From: Pedosphaera sp.
GTDB lineage: Bacteria > Verrucomicrobiota > Verrucomicrobiia > Limisphaerales > SIBH01
DNA: 54,619 bases
Assembly (NCBI GenBank): GCA_031414955.1
Contig: JANOQV010000084.1
Location: 1-54,619, forward strand
Direction of reading: 5' to 3'
Shown piece after piece: positions 1-8,820 of this stretch. Position numbers and translations under genes: made by a program. The notes below the pieces were generated by a model, which saw only the letters and a program-made list of their open reading frames with translations, made no database searches and had not been told where the DNA came from. Numbering within the stretch: the stretch's first letter is position 1; every line of letters starts with the position of its first letter.

Positions 1-2
1 TG

Positions 3-779
3 CCGCTTCAAGCGGGCCGGACAATTTTGGACGCGGCCCGGCTTGCGCGCTCTGCTCGCCCTCGACGAAGCCCGCCGCAACCACCATTGGGATCAACTCT
101 GGCAACCCGCCTAATTAAGAACGGTGTACGGATGCACCCCCTCGCACGCATCACGACCGTCCCCGTGGAACTCCGGCCGCTCTCGCTCTCGCTCTCCGCG
201 ACCTTTCCACTGGCCAGGGTCGCCGGTGAGAACGTGCGTCTGCGACTGCGCCACGGCCGGCAGGCCAGCTACGGGTTCGTAATGGAAATCATCTCCGACG
301 ACTTCGTGGTTCCCTTCGCGACGAACCTTGTTTTCAGTTCGCTCCAGCCGGGTCGCTATCAGTTGGAAGTGCGCATACCCGGTGCGGCTTTCTGGCAGTC
401 GGAGCACATCAACCACGGCGGGAACGGTGCCCAAGTCACCGCGCGGCTCGAATCAGGCGCGGACCTGAAATATCAAGTCAACCCGCCGGGCGGCCCGTCG
501 CTCTCCGTCCGCCCGACCGTCGAAGTGCTTCAGAACGGCAAACTGTTACCGAGCCATATCTACGCTGACTGGTTCACCAACGCCTATCGCAGTCTGGTGC
601 CCGGCCATTACACCTTACGCGTGCTTTCGCGGGCCGAACAAACCCGGAAGTCATACGGCACCGATGCCCTCATTCCCGCCGCCTACAACTATCGCGGAGC
701 AGAGCGTTCGTTCACGATTTCCGAGAACTCCCCCAACACCATCGACCTTGGCACCATTGAACTTCAAGCCGGGCCGTAA
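3..779 (+). CDS. Hypothetical protein, 5'-truncated by the window edge; beta-sandwich/carboxypeptidase-regulatory-like modules
   Basis: Frame is open from position 3 to the stop at 779; two 'L-x-PGxYxLxV' motifs (LQPGRYQLEV, LVPGHYTLRV) and a terminal 'DLGTIEL' typical of prealbumin-like beta-sandwich domains. Confidence 0.55.
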   Translation, partial: PLQAGRTILDAARLARSARPRRSPPQPPLGSTLATRLIKNGVRMHPLARITTVPVELRPLSLSLSATFPLARVAGENVRLRLRHGRQASYGFVMEIISDDFVVPFATNLVFSSLQPGRYQLEVRIPGAAFWQSEHINHGGNGAQVTARLESGADLKYQVNPPGGPSLSVRPTVEVLQNGKLLPSHIYADWFTNAYRSLVPGHYTLRVLSRAEQTRKSYGTDALIPAAYNYRGAERSFTISENSPNTIDLGTIELQAGP

Positions 780-857
780 CCTCGCCCGGCACTTTGGACA
801 ATGGCGATTTCCGTCACCAGCAACCCGCGCCACGCGTCACCTTCCCCGAGACCGTCG

Positions 858-1367
858 ATGACTATGAAAACAACTCTCGTCCTGCTGCACGCCGTGGTGG
901 CCCTGACCTGGCCGGCCCTCGCCCAACAGACCGCGAAGCCCAAGGAGGCCGCTCCCAAGGCTGCGGCAGAAAAGCCCAAACTCACGTCCGCCGAACTCGA
1001 AGCCAAGTTCATCGCCACCCTGAGCAAGGCCACCATGACGGGCCGCTGGTGCCTGATCCAGGACGGTGCCCTCACGCCCGAGAAGGAGGAGAAATACACC
1101 ATCCTCGGCGCGAAGAAACTCGAAGGCGACTCCTGGGTGATCGGCACCAAGATGAATTACGGAGGCCGGGAGATCATCGCGCCCATCCCGGTGAAAGTGC
1201 AATGGGCCGGCGACACCCCCGTCATCATCGTGGACAAGATGACCGTGCCCGGCGGCGGCACCTACTCCGCGCGCGTGCTGATCTATGAAAACACCTACGC
1301 CGGCACCTGGAGCGGGGGCAGCAAAGTCGGCCTGCTCAGCGGCATGATCACGAACCAGCAGGAATAA
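858..1367 (+). CDS. Conserved hypothetical exported protein (beta-rich)
   Basis: Signal peptide MKTTLVLLHAVVALTWPALA-QQ, Lys/Ala/Pro linker, then a beta-rich domain (VKVQWAGDTPVI...YSARVLIY...YAGTWSG); host-like codon usage; start at 858 or 864. Confidence 0.75.
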   Translation: MTMKTTLVLLHAVVALTWPALAQQTAKPKEAAPKAAAEKPKLTSAELEAKFIATLSKATMTGRWCLIQDGALTPEKEEKYTILGAKKLEGDSWVIGTKMNYGGREIIAPIPVKVQWAGDTPVIIVDKMTVPGGGTYSARVLIYENTYAGTWSGGSKVGLLSGMITNQQE

Positions 1368-1451
1368 GGACCGCAACTGGACACAGGCTCTGCGGGCGGG
1401 CCTGACCAGGAACCGGCGGAGCGAGGGCAGACCGTCCTCCGCGCCCGCCCG

Positions 1452-1488
1452 AAAAAGAAAACGGGGCGTTCCACAGCGGAACGCCCCG
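1452..1488 (-). terminator. Rho-independent terminator of the FKBP gene
   Basis: Perfect 11-bp stem CGGGGCGTTCC (1462-1472)/GGAACGCCCCG (1478-1488), 5-nt loop; A-tract 1452-1461 gives a U-tract on the minus strand, 21 nt after the stop. Confidence 0.8.
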
Positions 1489-1509
1489 GAAGAATTTTGG
1501 TGGAGACGG

Positions 1510-2214
1510 TTACTTCTTCACTTCGACCGTCAGCAACTCCACCTCGAAGACGAGCGTGCTGTTCGGACCGATCTTCGGGCTGGGGCTTTGTTCGCCATAG
1601 GCCAGCTTGCCGGGAATGACAAATTGGAACTTGTCGCCTTCCTTCATCAATTGCAGCCCCTCGGTCCAGCCGGGAATGACCCCGTTCAGCGGGAAAGAAA
1701 TCGGCTCGCCGCGATCGACCGAACTGTCGAAGACCGAGCCGTCGATGAGCGTGCCATGATAATGCACCTTCACCGTGTCGGTGGCCTTGGGCGACTTGCC
1801 CTTGCCGTCGCCGGGTTTGAGGACGCGGTACTGCAAGCCGCTGGCCGTGGTCTTCACGCCTTCCTTCTTGGCGTTGGTGGCGAGAAACATCTCGCCGTCC
1901 TTCGTGTTCTTATCGCCCGCTCCCTTTTCCTTGGCTTCCATCTTGGCCATGAGTTGGGTGCGAAAATCATTCAACACCTGCTTGGACTCAGCGTCGGTGA
2001 GCTGGGGCTTGGCCGCGAAAGCGTCGGCAATGCCGGCCGCGAGCGCCTTGGCATCGAGATCAATCTCCTGGCGCTTGAGGTTGCCACCGATGTCGAGGCC
2101 GATGGCGTAACTGGCGCGTTGCTTGGGTTCTTTGAGGTCCAATTTGTCCTGAGCTTGAACGCCCAGAACGAGCAGGCTTCCCAAAGCGAGGTTCGTAATA
2201 ATCTTTGCAGTCAT
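1510..2214 (-). CDS. fkpA: FKBP-type peptidyl-prolyl cis-trans isomerase (FkpA/Mip-like, with N-terminal dimerisation domain)
   Basis: Signal peptide; SYAIGLDIG N-domain; TASGLQY, VHYHGTLIDGSVFDSS, VIPGWTEGL, LAYG, IGPNSTLVFEVELL FKBP motifs; start set to MTAKII at 2214. Confidence 0.93.
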   Translation of the reverse strand: MTAKIITNLALGSLLVLGVQAQDKLDLKEPKQRASYAIGLDIGGNLKRQEIDLDAKALAAGIADAFAAKPQLTDAESKQVLNDFRTQLMAKMEAKEKGAGDKNTKDGEMFLATNAKKEGVKTTASGLQYRVLKPGDGKGKSPKATDTVKVHYHGTLIDGSVFDSSVDRGEPISFPLNGVIPGWTEGLQLMKEGDKFQFVIPGKLAYGEQSPSPKIGPNSTLVFEVELLTVEVKK

Positions 2215-2343
2215 GTTTTGTAATTTGGCCCTGAACAACGTGTGCAAAGCCGGCACGGATGCTCCGGCACGGAACATCCCAGGTCAAGACCTGTGGCGGG
2301 CCGGCCCAGGGCAGACGCCTCTAATTTCGCGGCGTTTCGCACG

Positions 2344-2461
2344 AAAACCCAAATCCCAAATCCCAAATAAATTCCAACGGCTCAAATTCCAAAACCAGGC
2401 GTTCGCACTCCCATGGGAGTTTGGAATGGAGAGCTTATTTGGGATTTGGATTTTGGGTTTT
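2344..2461. repeat. Heptamer-array palindrome (AAATCCC-type units / inverted GGGATTT-type units)
   Basis: aaaacccaaatcccaaatcccaaataa at 2344-2370 is nearly the exact reverse complement of ttatttgggatttggattttgggtttt ending at 2461; AT-rich within GC-rich DNA; related to 9465-9612. Confidence 0.85.
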
Positions 2462-2802
2462 AGCCCGCGGAACCAAACATTTTGATGCGTCTGCCCTGCG
2501 GGCCGGCAGCGGTGCCGGTTGCCTGCCAGCGGAGCGACAAGCCAGGCTCGGCCGGCGGCGGGATCGTCTCCGATCGGGCCGGACGATGCTCGGTGCTCCA
2601 AACTGACCGAGGACCAGCCAGCCTTCGGGGGCATTGGGAAGACGCTGAAATCATTTACCGCGCCGGGGCGAAGGCCACGAAGGCAAAACCGATCAGCCCG
2701 CCTGCGCTCCCATTCTCCCTTCGCGGGACAATTCAGTGGTCACGCGACGGCACCGCAAAATTCTCGCCCGTGGGCCGCGCCGCTGCTTACTGTCCGCGCG
2801 CG

Positions 2803-4608
2803 ATGAATCACATCCGGCGCGCGCTGCAATTTTTCCGTCCCGACTCGGGACGCATCGCCATCGTGCTCGTGCTCAGCCTGGCCAGCATTGCGGGCAATGT
2901 GCTCAAACCCTGGCCCGTGGCCCTCATCCTGGATGGTGTGCTCCAGGGAAAATCATTTCCCCAATGGCTGCTCAAGGCGAGCGGCGGTCAAACCAGCCCG
3001 GCTTGGTGGATTGCCGCCCTCACGCTCGGCCTTTTCGCCATCCATGCCTCGCAAGGTTTGCTCTCGGCGGCGCAAAACTTTGTCGCCATCCAGATCGGAC
3101 TGGGCGGACTGCGCCGCGTGCGCAGCCTCGTCTTCGCCACCTTGCAGCGGCTCTCGTTGCGCTTTCATCAGAGCGCGCGCGTCGGCGACCTCATCTTTCG
3201 CGCTTCTTGGGACACCTACTCGTTCCAGACCTTGTTCCAACAAGGGGCGCTCACGGCGCTGAACGCCGCCCTCTCCCTCATCCTGATGGTGGCGTTCATG
3301 TGGCCGATGAACCACCAACTGACCCTCATCGCCCTCGGCACCATGCCGCTCATCATCGCCATCATCCGCCTGGTCGGCCCGAAGATGCAGGCGCGCGGCG
3401 CGGCGGCGCAACAGGCCGACAGCCAGGTGACTTCGCTGGTGCAACAGAACATCGGCGCATTGCCCCTCATTCAGAGTTACACCCGCGAGGAGGAACAGCA
3501 GCGCGTCTTCGACGAGCAAGCCGCCGTGGCGCAAAAGCGCCGGCTTTCGCAGCACGCTTGGGAACTGCTCTACTGGCTTGGCATCTCGCTCGTCTTCGCG
3601 GCGGGTACGGCGGCCATTGTCTGGGTGGGCAGCCACGAGGTGCTGGCCCAACGGTTGACCGTCGGCGGCCTGATCGTCTTCCTCGCCTATCTGGGCCAGA
3701 TGTATGAGCCGCTCAACCAGCTTTCGCACGTTGGTGCCACCACCGCCACGGCCCTCGCGGCGACGGCCCGGGTGTTTGAAGTCATCGACACGCCGGAGGA
3801 GGTGCGCGACGCGGCGGACGCAAGACGGGTCCAAGGTCCAAGGTCCAAAGTCCAAGGTCAGGGAGTCTTGGTCGCCTCGGGGCGGTTTGCGTTCGAGGGT
3901 GTCTCGTTTGGTTATGAGCAGGATCGCCCGGTGCTGCATGACGTCAGCTTCGAGTTGCAGCCGGGCGAATGCTGCGCGGTCATCGGGCCAAGCGGGGCCG
4001 GCAAATCCACGCTCATGAATCTGGTGCCGCGCTTCTTCGATCCCGACGGCGGCACGGTCCAGCTTGAAGGCGTGGACCTGCGCGGCTTGCGCCTGAAAGA
4101 TTTGCGCGCCCAGATTGCCGTGGTCTTGCAGGAACCGATTCTGCTCCCGGCCACCATTGCCGAGAACATCGCTTTCGGAAAACCCGGCGCCACGCCGGTG
4201 GAGATCGAGGCGGCGGCCCGCGCGGCCAACGCCCACCAGTTCATCGCCCGTTTGCCCCAGCAGTACCAGACCATGGTCGGCGAGGGAGCGGCGCGATTGA
4301 GCGTGGGCGAGCGCCAGCGCGTCAACATCGCCCGCGCCTTCCTCAAGGATGCGCCCATCCTGCTGCTCGATGAGCCGACCAGCGCGCTCGACGCCGAGAG
4401 CGAGGCCCAGGTGGTCGCCAGCATTTTCGACCTGATGCGCGGTCGAACCACCCTGATGGTGGCGCATCGCCTGAGCACCATTCGCCGCGTGAACAAAGTG
4501 GTGGTGATGGAAGCCGGGCGCGTGACCGAGTGCGGCTCGCCGGAGGAACTTCTCGGACGCGGGGGCTACTTCGCGCGAGTCGCCAGCGGACAAATCGCGC
4601 TGACGTAA
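2803..4608 (+). CDS. ABC exporter, fused permease/ATP-binding subunit (MsbA-like)
   Basis: N-terminal TM domain, Walker A GPSGAGKST, Q-loop VLQE, signature LSVGERQR, Walker B LLLDEPTSALD, H-loop VAHRLST; start set to MNHIRR at 2803. Confidence 0.93.
   Translation: MNHIRRALQFFRPDSGRIAIVLVLSLASIAGNVLKPWPVALILDGVLQGKSFPQWLLKASGGQTSPAWWIAALTLGLFAIHASQGLLSAAQNFVAIQIGLGGLRRVRSLVFATLQRLSLRFHQSARVGDLIFRASWDTYSFQTLFQQGALTALNAALSLILMVAFMWPMNHQLTLIALGTMPLIIAIIRLVGPKMQARGAAAQQADSQVTSLVQQNIGALPLIQSYTREEEQQRVFDEQAAVAQKRRLSQHAWELLYWLGISLVFAAGTAAIVWVGSHEVLAQRLTVGGLIVFLAYLGQMYEPLNQLSHVGATTATALAATARVFEVIDTPEEVRDAADARRVQGPRSKVQGQGVLVASGRFAFEGVSFGYEQDRPVLHDVSFELQPGECCAVIGPSGAGKSTLMNLVPRFFDPDGGTVQLEGVDLRGLRLKDLRAQIAVVLQEPILLPATIAENIAFGKPGATPVEIEAAARAANAHQFIARLPQQYQTMVGEGAARLSVGERQRVNIARAFLKDAPILLLDEPTSALDAESEAQVVASIFDLMRGRTTLMVAHRLSTIRRVNKVVVMEAGRVTECGSPEELLGRGGYFARVASGQIALT
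3829..3856 (+). repeat. Four tandem 7-mers (GTCCAAG/GTCCAAA) inside the ABC exporter CDS
   Basis: gtccaag gtccaag gtccaaa gtccaag, translated as VQGPRSKVQG in the TMD-NBD linker. Confidence 0.8.
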
Positions 4609-4641
4609 GGTGCCGCCGGCGTGGCCCGGGCGGTGGCGTCT

Positions 4642-5430
4642 TCAGACCGGTTTCGACAGCGGGACAGGGGCGGCCCGTCGGCGGTTGAACGCCACGGCGT
4701 CCCCATACTTCACTCCGTGGCCGCCAAAGATATCGAGCGCCGAGCCAATGGTCAGATCGATGCGGCCCCGTCCGACTCGAGTCACTTCCTCCAAGTCGGC
4801 CAACGACTTCGCGCCGCCCGCGTAGGTCGTCGGCAAAGGCGTCCACTGGGCCAGCTTCCCGACCAATTCATGATCGATGCCGCGACACAAGCCCTCCACA
4901 TCGGCGGCGTGAATCAGAAATTCATCGCAGCAAGCGGCAAGTTTGTTGAGCAACTCCGGCAAAATCTTCTCGGCGGTGAATTTCTGCCATCGATCCGTGA
5001 CCACGAAATAATCGCCGGCGCGCTGGCGGCAGCTCAGGTCGAGTACCAGGCGTTGCCGGCCAATGGCGGCGACCAGTTGCGCGAGCCGGTCCCAGTCCAC
5101 GCGCCCTTCGCGAAACACCCAGGAAGTGACGATGACGTGCGAGGCACCGGCCTCGAGCCAGCGCCGCGCGTTATCGAGATTCACGCCTCCCCCGAGCTGA
5201 AGCCCGCCTGGATAAGCGGCCAGTGCCGCGCGGGCCGCCGCATCATTGCCTGCGCCAAGCAAAATGACGTGGCCACCGGACAAGCTGTCGCGACGATAAA
5301 GGTCGGCAAACCACGCCGCGGATTTCTCGGAGACAAAATTTGTGCGCAAGCCCGCGCCGCTCTCGTTCAGCGTGCCGCCGACGATTTGCTTCACCTGGCC
5401 TTCATGCAGATCAATGCAGGGACGAAACAC
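4642..5430 (-). CDS. hisA: Phosphoribosylformimino-5-aminoimidazole carboxamide ribotide isomerase, His6 (eukaryote-like) type
   Basis: FRPCIDLHEGQVKQIVGGTL, GGHVILLG, ASHVIVTSW, LVLDLSCR, EFLIHAADVEG, TYAGG, DLTIGSALDIFGG are characteristic of the His6-type family; GTG start. Confidence 0.92.
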   Translation of the reverse strand: MFRPCIDLHEGQVKQIVGGTLNESGAGLRTNFVSEKSAAWFADLYRRDSLSGGHVILLGAGNDAAARAALAAYPGGLQLGGGVNLDNARRWLEAGASHVIVTSWVFREGRVDWDRLAQLVAAIGRQRLVLDLSCRQRAGDYFVVTDRWQKFTAEKILPELLNKLAACCDEFLIHAADVEGLCRGIDHELVGKLAQWTPLPTTYAGGAKSLADLEEVTRVGRGRIDLTIGSALDIFGGHGVKYGDAVAFNRRRAAPVPLSKPV

Positions 5431-5535
5431 GCGCTAAGAGTAGAGGAACTGCCCCGCGAAGCAACGGCGCGGTGCGCGCCACGCCCGGCGCTTCCGGGTT
5501 TCAGAGCACGAGCCGCAAGCGAAACGGCCTCTCCT

Positions 5536-6801
5536 TCACCGTCCTGGCCATCCAGGCAGAGCCAGGGCGGACGGTGGCTTACCACTCGGCGGGCGCGTAA
5601 ACTTCTCGCCGAACTTGGTGAAGCCGTTCACAAAGCCGCCGTGATGCAGGAAGAACTGGCCGTTCTCCACGCCCATGAAACGGTCGAGGCGATCCGCGCG
5701 ACCCGTGCCGTCGTGGCTGAAACTCGAGGTCGTGACTTCGTGCCACGCGCCAGTGTCGGTGCGGAGCCATTGATTGCCGTAGAGCGCCTTGCGCGGCAGA
5801 TGGCCGCGGCTGCCGCCGAAATCTTCGCTGAACGAGTAGAGTCCGCGCAGCCAGCCGCCATCCTTGGGCGCGCGCCACGAGGAGATGAGCATCCACTGCT
5901 GCTGCTCGGGATGAAACCAGTAGCCGGAGAAGATCGTGAACGTCTCGTTCGTCGGTTGCGCGGTGACGATGAACTTCTGCTTCTCGCCGGTCTTCCAGTT
6001 GTATTTCAAATGGCTGTGGCCGCCGGTGCCTTCGTTGCCGAAGTCGCCCGAGTTCACGCCTTCACCCTTGCCCATGAGGATGACGCGATTGGTGTCCGCG
6101 ACCTTTGTGCGGGCCACCGACTCGTTGCCGCTGTCCCAGACACTGAAGATGATGCGGCGCTCGGTCTTGCTGTTGACCTGCATGCCGAAGTAACCGCGAT
6201 GCCAGCCGCAGGCCATGTAGTAGGTCGGGATGGTGTCCTCAATGCCGGTCATCTCGCAGTAGAACGCGGCGACGTTGGTGCCCTTGGGCGACGGATAGCT
6301 CAGATGAACGGAGGCGGCATTGCGGCGCGACTTGTAGTTGAAGTGCGCGGTGTTCGTGGTCACGCCATCGAGCAGGAGCGCGGAGAGATCGCCGAAGGGC
6401 TTCCCAACTTCACTCAACGAGTCCAACGCGAAACGCTGGTAACCCGGTTCCTTGATGGTGAACTTCCCAAAGCGCGCGCTGACGAGGTTCGTGCCCGCGC
6501 CTTTGACTTCCGCCTCGCGCGACTGCCCTGCGACGGTGAGGCGCAGCTTGGAAGTCGCGTTCGTCGGCAGGCGCAATTCCACCGCCGCTTCAATGGTGGT
6601 CGCCGCTTTGATGTCGCCGAACCAGCTCACCTTGATGGCCGGATCACGCCAGCCCGTCACGCCGGAGTTTTGGGAGAAGCGCGCGCCGTTCGCATCCGGG
6701 TCGGTGTAGGCGGTGAAGGCGGGCACACGCAACGGTTCCGCCGCCACCACCGACAGCGCGGCGCAGGCGAGTGAACAAAGAATCAAGGGTTTCAATCTCA
6801 T
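5536..6801 (-). CDS. Exported DUF3472/DUF5077-domain protein
   Basis: Signal peptide MRLKPLILCSLACAALS; motifs RRNAASVHLSY, YYMACGW, GYFGMQVNS, IIFSVWDSG, FGNEGTGGHS, LYSFSEDF. Confidence 0.8.
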   Translation of the reverse strand: MRLKPLILCSLACAALSVVAAEPLRVPAFTAYTDPDANGARFSQNSGVTGWRDPAIKVSWFGDIKAATTIEAAVELRLPTNATSKLRLTVAGQSREAEVKGAGTNLVSARFGKFTIKEPGYQRFALDSLSEVGKPFGDLSALLLDGVTTNTAHFNYKSRRNAASVHLSYPSPKGTNVAAFYCEMTGIEDTIPTYYMACGWHRGYFGMQVNSKTERRIIFSVWDSGNESVARTKVADTNRVILMGKGEGVNSGDFGNEGTGGHSHLKYNWKTGEKQKFIVTAQPTNETFTIFSGYWFHPEQQQWMLISSWRAPKDGGWLRGLYSFSEDFGGSRGHLPRKALYGNQWLRTDTGAWHEVTTSSFSHDGTGRADRLDRFMGVENGQFFLHHGGFVNGFTKFGEKFTRPPSGKPPSALALPGWPGR

Positions 6802-6846
6802 GGTGGATTCGAGTCGGTCACAGTCAGTGCAACGTGGAAAAGGAAC

Positions 6847-6909
6847 TGAGACAGGAAAATGGACGACAGGAAAATGAAGAGAAAAACTTCTTCCCATTTT
6901 CCTGTCTCA
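6847..6909. repeat. Small direct plus inverted repeat (GACAGGAAAATG x2 / CATTTTCCTGTC)
   Basis: gacaggaaaatg at 6850 and 6865; reverse-complement copy cattttcctgtctca at 6895-6909; intergenic, could form a hairpin. Confidence 0.7.
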
Positions 6910-6918
6910 ATTCCCCGT

Positions 6919-8820
6919 TCACTGCGCGGCCTTTCGCGTGAAGGCCAGCGGCTTCTCGTGCCCTGTGCAGGTGACGCGCAGCGTGTCGCCATCCGCTTCA
7001 AACTTTGTCGCGGCTTCGAGCGCTTTGAGGAATTTCATCTCCAGCGCCATCAACTCAGGCGGCCCGGCCATCTTCGTGGACATGAACGGGCCGGTCTGAA
7101 TTTTTTCGTTGCTGCCGCGCGCGCGTCCGTTGAAGCGGTTCACGCCCGCGTTCCCGGACAGCGCGCCATCGCTGCCGATGCTGAGGCTTGCGCGGGAATT
7201 GGCGGGCACCGGCGTGCCACACAAATCCTTCAGCGCCCACTCGCTCCCGGCCAGCGCCTTCAGCGAAGGAGGGACATTCGTGTCCGCGTTCGCGCCGCCG
7301 GTGTTGGCGGCGGGACGCGCGTTGCGATTCAACACTGCGAGGGCAGGAGCGATGTCCGCCGTGCCGTCCTTCGCCACGAGGTAGGGATAACGATACGGCG
7401 TCGCCGACAAGAAGCCGGACGCCTGTCCGTTCGCCTGCAAATAAACCACGCGCAGTTCGCCGGTCTTGCCCGGCGCGAGCGCCTGGCAGTCGAGCGTGAA
7501 TTTTCCGCTCTGATCCGGAACGGCGGTCGTAGTCGTGGCGTCGTAGTCGCTGCCGCCCGACGGATCCATGTAGGCGATGACGGCATAGACCGGCGGCTCG
7601 TTCGGCGCGGTGGTGACGCGACCGGAAAACTCGAAACCTTTTCCCTTCGGCTGAATCGCCAACTGCTCCGGCTTCGCCGAGCGCGGCAAGTTGATGCCCT
7701 TCGCCGAACCGCTGAACATCGGATGCGCCGCCAGCCGCAGCGCGTGCGCGAGCGTGAGGAACGATCCTTTGCTCTCGCCGCGCAATTGTTCGCCGTAGGT
7801 GCGGTTGCCGCTGCCCATGAGCGCGGTGCCGAACGCCGCACGCTCATCCGCACGCTCCTTGTTGTGCGGCAGACCGAGCGAGTGGCCGAGTTCATGGCAC
7901 GCGCCACCGATGAAGATGCTGCTGTAGCGCCCGAGCGAAATGTTCCCGTACTGCCCGTCGCGCACGTTCTTCCCTTTCTCCTCCAAGAACGCGAGGTCGA
8001 GAATCAACGAGTCCACCTGCCACGCCGTGCCGCCGCGATGCGTGCCGCTCGCGTAATAGGGACTGTTCTGCGAGATGGTGCGTTTCTCCGCGTCCCAGTT
8101 TGACATGTTGCAGAAGATCACGATGAGTGCCTCGGCGGGATTCAGCCCGGCGGCTTCGAGCGCGGGCAGGCACTCCTTGCGAATCGCGCTGCCGCTGGGC
8201 GTGGAATAGTTCGTGTAATCGTTCAGCCCGCGCACCAGATGCACCCGCAACAATCCGTCGTCCATCAGATCCAGACCAATGGTGCGCGGGCCGAAGCCGA
8301 TCCGCTCCATCTCCCGTGCGTAGAATTTCTGGATGTCCACAAAGATGGCCGAGAGCCGTTCGCGATAACGCGGAGCCGGCTCGCGATCCTTCGGCGCCCA
8401 GAGCACGAGATGAACTTTCTTCTTCGCCGGCTCGGGGTTCGCGGCCAGCCACGGATCGAGAATCGCGCGCGCAGCGGCGACCTTGGGCGCGATCTCGGCG
8501 CGGGCGGAATTGGTGGCGTCGGCGGAGTGAAGTTGAAATCCAATCAGCAGCGTCAAGGCGAGCTGCGCGAGAAGCCCGGAGGGCTTCAAAGTGAATAGCC
8601 CCGCGTTGGCGAGGCACGAGCCTACCCGGGGATCACGGCCCCGGAATTCGGCCAACCCCGGATGGGGTTGAACCCGGCGGCTCACATCACACGATTCAAC
8701 CCCTCCGGGGTTGCGACGCTTGTCGGACTTGATTCCCCGGTTGCACCGCGAGCTATTCAAATAGAAGCCCTCCGGTCTTCCGGCCTCGGCACGTTCAAAA
8801 TTCATCGGTGAAATATTCAT
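6919..8820 (-). CDS. Exported zinc metalloprotease (metzincin-type motif) with C-terminal META domain
   Basis: HELGHSLGLPH (HExxHxxGxxH, 7864-7896) followed by ALMG Met-turn; C-terminal LAGSEWAL...SGNAGVNRFNG...STKMAGP...EMKFLKAL matches META/HslJ; ATG at 8820 overlaps the upstream TGA (ATGA); alternative TTG start at 8589. Confidence 0.8.
   Translation of the reverse strand: MNISPMNFERAEAGRPEGFYLNSSRCNRGIKSDKRRNPGGVESCDVSRRVQPHPGLAEFRGRDPRVGSCLANAGLFTLKPSGLLAQLALTLLIGFQLHSADATNSARAEIAPKVAAARAILDPWLAANPEPAKKKVHLVLWAPKDREPAPRYRERLSAIFVDIQKFYAREMERIGFGPRTIGLDLMDDGLLRVHLVRGLNDYTNYSTPSGSAIRKECLPALEAAGLNPAEALIVIFCNMSNWDAEKRTISQNSPYYASGTHRGGTAWQVDSLILDLAFLEEKGKNVRDGQYGNISLGRYSSIFIGGACHELGHSLGLPHNKERADERAAFGTALMGSGNRTYGEQLRGESKGSFLTLAHALRLAAHPMFSGSAKGINLPRSAKPEQLAIQPKGKGFEFSGRVTTAPNEPPVYAVIAYMDPSGGSDYDATTTTAVPDQSGKFTLDCQALAPGKTGELRVVYLQANGQASGFLSATPYRYPYLVAKDGTADIAPALAVLNRNARPAANTGGANADTNVPPSLKALAGSEWALKDLCGTPVPANSRASLSIGSDGALSGNAGVNRFNGRARGSNEKIQTGPFMSTKMAGPPELMALEMKFLKALEAATKFEADGDTLRVTCTGHEKPLAFTRKAAQ
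8571..8780. repeat. ~210-bp composite palindromic element (REP/MITE-like) in the 5' end of the metalloprotease ORF
   Basis: Terminal hairpins GAAGCCCGGAGGGCTTC / GAAGCCCTCCGGTCTTC, arms TGAATAGC / GCTATTCA, inner pair CAACCCCGGATGGGGTTGAA / TTCAACCCCTCCGGGGTTG; same architecture as 17826-18010. Confidence 0.8.

Noticed and set aside
2213..2654. Short ORFs spanning the heptamer palindrome (e.g. KPKSQIPNKFQ, LFGIWDLGF peptides)
   Set aside because: They are translations of the repeat itself, with no independent evidence of coding.
2482..2802. Long N-terminal extensions in the ORF track (ABC exporter, tdh, XRE regulator, mqnD, GH39, tolB)
   Set aside because: They run through repeats or promoter regions and precede clear family-typical N-termini; starts were reassigned downstream.
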